From: Pseudomonas aeruginosa
GTDB taxonomy: Bacteria; Pseudomonadota; Gammaproteobacteria; Pseudomonadales; Pseudomonadaceae
DNA: 32,000 bases
Direction: 5' to 3'
Assembly (NCBI RefSeq): GCF_001457615.1
Contig: NZ_LN831024.1
Location: 600,001-632,000, forward strand
The position numbers and the translations under genes were made by a program. Below, in pieces: positions 29,776 to 32,000 of this stretch (within the stretch, counting starts at the first letter, position 1; the number at the start of each line of letters is the position of its first letter). The notes under the pieces were generated by a model. That model searched no databases. It saw only the letters and a program-made list of their open reading frames with translations, and was not told where the DNA came from.

Positions 29776-30308
29776 TCCCGGTCTACCTCGGCCTCGGCAG
29801 CAATGTCGAGCGTGAGCGCCATCTGCATGCCGGCCTCGATGCGCTGGCCGCTTTCCTTCATGACCTGCGTTGTTCGCCGGTATTCGAGAGCGAGCCGGTG
29901 GGTATCAAGAGCGGGCCGTTCTTCAACCTGGTGGTGTCTGCCCGCACCGATCTGCCGCTGGCCGAACTGAGCCTGCGACTCAAGCACATCGAGGCCGACA
30001 ATGGCCGCTATGCGCCAGAGCGCAAGGGGCTGCCGCTGGATATCGACGTGCTGTTCTACGGCGACCTGGTGGGCGATTTCGATGGCCTGGTGCTGCCGCG
30101 CGCCGAAGTGCTGAAGAACGCTTTCGTGCTCTGGCCCTTGTCCGAGCTGGCGCCGAACCTGGAGCATCCGGTCGCCCGCCAGCCGCTGGGCGATCTCTGG
30201 CGCGAGACGAGGATCCAGCAGAAGCTCTGGCCGGCGCCATTCGAATGGCGTGGCCAGGCGTTGACTCCCGAAGCGCTGCTTCAGGCCTTTCCGCGTTCTT
30301 CCTTGTAG
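29766..30308 (+). CDS. folK: 2-amino-4-hydroxy-6-hydroxymethyldihydropteridine pyrophosphokinase-like
   Basis: [27 protein letters not shown]..., [19 protein letters not shown] motifs; overlaps folB by 10 bp. P. aeruginosa may have another folK elsewhere. Confidence 0.82.
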
Positions 30309-31513
30309 GCCTTGAGTGCGGCGAGGCGCGCACGCTTCAGCGCCTCGCCCAGTTCCGCGCCCTTCAAGCCCTTTTCCACCAGCGGCTTCACGCTGACTGC
30401 CCGCGCTGCCTGCGCCGCGCCGAGCAGGTAGGCGGCCTGCGGATAGTCCCGCTGTTCCAGGCCGAGGCGGCCGCGCGCGTCCATCTCGCTGGCGGCGACG
30501 AACTCCTCGAAACGCTGCGGGCGGCGATACACGTCGAAGCTCTGCAACAGCTCCAGCAGTGTATTCGGGCGCAGCTCCAGCGCCCGATGGGCGTGGGTGT
30601 GGTACTCGCCCACCAGGCGCGCCAGTTCCTGGCAGTCGCGCGGCACCCTGAAGCGCTGGTTCACCGCATCGATCAACGGCACGCCGCGGGCCTCGTGGGC
30701 GATATGGCGGGGCCAGTCCGCTTCGCTGGTGAGTCCCTTGCCCAGGTCGTGCAGCAGGCAGGCCCAGCGTACGCTGAGCGGCTGCCGGTGGCGGGCGCAT
30801 TGCTGCAATACCGACAGGACATGGACGCCGGTATCGATTTCCGGATGGTGGGCCGCCGGCTGCGGTACGCCGAATAGCGCCTCGACTTCCGGGATCAGTT
30901 CGGCCAGGGCGCCGCAGTCGTGCAGGACCTGGATGAAGACCTCGGGGTTGGGTTCCATCAGGGCTCGGGAAATTTCCTTCCAACTGCGCTCCGGGGTCAG
31001 CGCCTGCAACTCGCCGGATTCCGCCAGTTGGCGCATCAGGGCGAGGGTTTCGGCGGCGACCCGGAAGCCCAGGCCGGCGTAGCGGGCGGCGAAGCGCGCT
31101 ACGCGCAGGACCCGCAGGGGATCCTCGGCGAACGCCGGGGAAACGTGACGCAGCAGGCGCGCCTCGAGGTCGGCCTGGCCGCCGTAGGGGTCTATTACCC
31201 GGCCCTGTTCGTCCTCGGCCATGGCGTTGATGGTCAGGTCACGGCGAGTCAGGTCTTCCTCCAGGGTCACCTCGGGGCTGGCATGGAAGGTGAAGCCGCC
31301 GTAGCCGCGCCCGCTCTTTCGCTCGGTGCGCGCCAGGGCGTATTCCTCGCCGCTCTGCGGATGAAGGAAGACCGGGAAGTCGGCGCCCACCGGGCGGTAG
31401 CCGCGGGCGAGCATCTCGTCGCTGCTGGCACCGACCACCACCCAGTCGATATCGGTGACCGGACGGCCGAGAAGGCGATCGCGCACGGCGCCGCCGACCT
31501 TGTAAATCTGCAT
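30281..31513 (-). CDS. cca: CCA-adding enzyme / multifunctional tRNA nucleotidyltransferase with HD domain
   Basis: [52 protein letters not shown] motif. Confidence 0.96.
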   Translation of the reverse strand: MQIYKVGGAVRDRLLGRPVTDIDWVVVGASSDEMLARGYRPVGADFPVFLHPQSGEEYALARTERKSGRGYGGFTFHASPEVTLEEDLTRRDLTINAMAEDEQGRVIDPYGGQADLEARLLRHVSPAFAEDPLRVLRVARFAARYAGLGFRVAAETLALMRQLAESGELQALTPERSWKEISRALMEPNPEVFIQVLHDCGALAELIPEVEALFGVPQPAAHHPEIDTGVHVLSVLQQCARHRQPLSVRWACLLHDLGKGLTSEADWPRHIAHEARGVPLIDAVNQRFRVPRDCQELARLVGEYHTHAHRALELRPNTLLELLQSFDVYRRPQRFEEFVAASEMDARGRLGLEQRDYPQAAYLLGAAQAARAVSVKPLVEKGLKGAELGEALKRARLAALKAYKEERGKA

Positions 31514-31556
31514 GGGAATCCTCCGCGTGATAGGCGGAAGTCTACCCCAGGGTGTC

Positions 31557-32000
31557 CTAGCGGGCGCGTGGAAGCAGCCGGAGCAGGGCGCCGACCGCCA
31601 GTTCGAGCTGTTCCGGATTGGCCCTGGCGGGGCTGAGGCCGGTGCTTACCATACCTTCCCAGAGAACGCGCTCCTCCAGGTCGACCAGGCGCACGCGCAA
31701 TGTCCCGGTTTCGTCGCGCAGGCTGTGGATCGCCAGATAAGGCCCCATGCCGGAGGTGGGCGGAAGGTCGGGGCGGAATTCCAGCGGTGCGTCGCGTAGC
31801 GCCAGCCAGTAGTAGACGCGGAATTGCGGGGTAGCGCTCTCGTGGTAGCCGTGGGTCGCCAGTCCCTGGCGCAGCTCTGCGTTTATCAGCGGATAGCGGT
31901 TGCGGTAGGGCAGGGCGTCGACCGCCTGTTCCGGCGGCATCAACTGGAAACCTTGCAGGCCGGGCAGTCCGGCGCTGGCCGGATGGGTCACCCGGGCGCT
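31557..32000 (-). CDS. DUF4136-like protein, 5' end outside the window
   Basis: Frame remains open through 32000; the GTG at 31991 is probably internal. C-terminal half ...[47 protein letters not shown]. Confidence 0.6.
   Translation of the reverse strand, partial: SARVTHPASAGLPGLQGFQLMPPEQAVDALPYRNRYPLINAELRQGLATHGYHESATPQFRVYYWLALRDAPLEFRPDLPPTSGMGPYLAIHSLRDETGTLRVRLVDLEERVLWEGMVSTGLSPARANPEQLELAVGALLRLLPRAR

Overview
This 32 kb, GC-rich window reads as a Pseudomonas aeruginosa-type chromosomal segment. That species call comes from recognising gene content, not from a database search. Most of it is core genome. From left to right: the 3' part of epd, pgk, two small lipoproteins, a class II fructose-bisphosphate aldolase, an NTF2/SnoaL-like protein, a SAM methyltransferase, a BaiN/YhiN-like flavoprotein, a YgjP-like metallopeptidase gene that looks frameshifted, a HAD phosphatase, a DUF805 protein, a divergent AraC-type regulator and AhpD-like pair, a PMP3/YqaE mini-protein, a tight four-gene cluster that includes SUKH-like and DUF4375-like immunity-type proteins, the secreted metalloprotease ImpA, an accessory segment (NERD fragment, class II Fic protein, integrase fragment) next to a tRNA(CAU), an RmcA-like GGDEF/EAL protein, the rpsU/dnaG/rpoD macromolecular-synthesis region with a yqeY gene between rpsU and dnaG, tsaD, plsY, folB, a folK-like gene, cca, and a partial DUF4136-like gene. 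I found no clear new multi-gene system. The best candidate is the Fic locus. Its promoter region carries two tandem, perfect TGAGCCGA-N13-TCGGCTCA palindromes positioned over a plausible sigma70 promoter, and the Fic protein has a C-terminal winged-HTH-like region, so autoregulation is a testable idea. Secondary candidates are the immunity-like cluster without an obvious toxin, a 33-codon hydrophobic ORF with a strong Shine-Dalgarno divergent from impA, the single-base frameshift in the YgjP-like gene, and the direct-repeat operator candidate between the AraC and AhpD genes.
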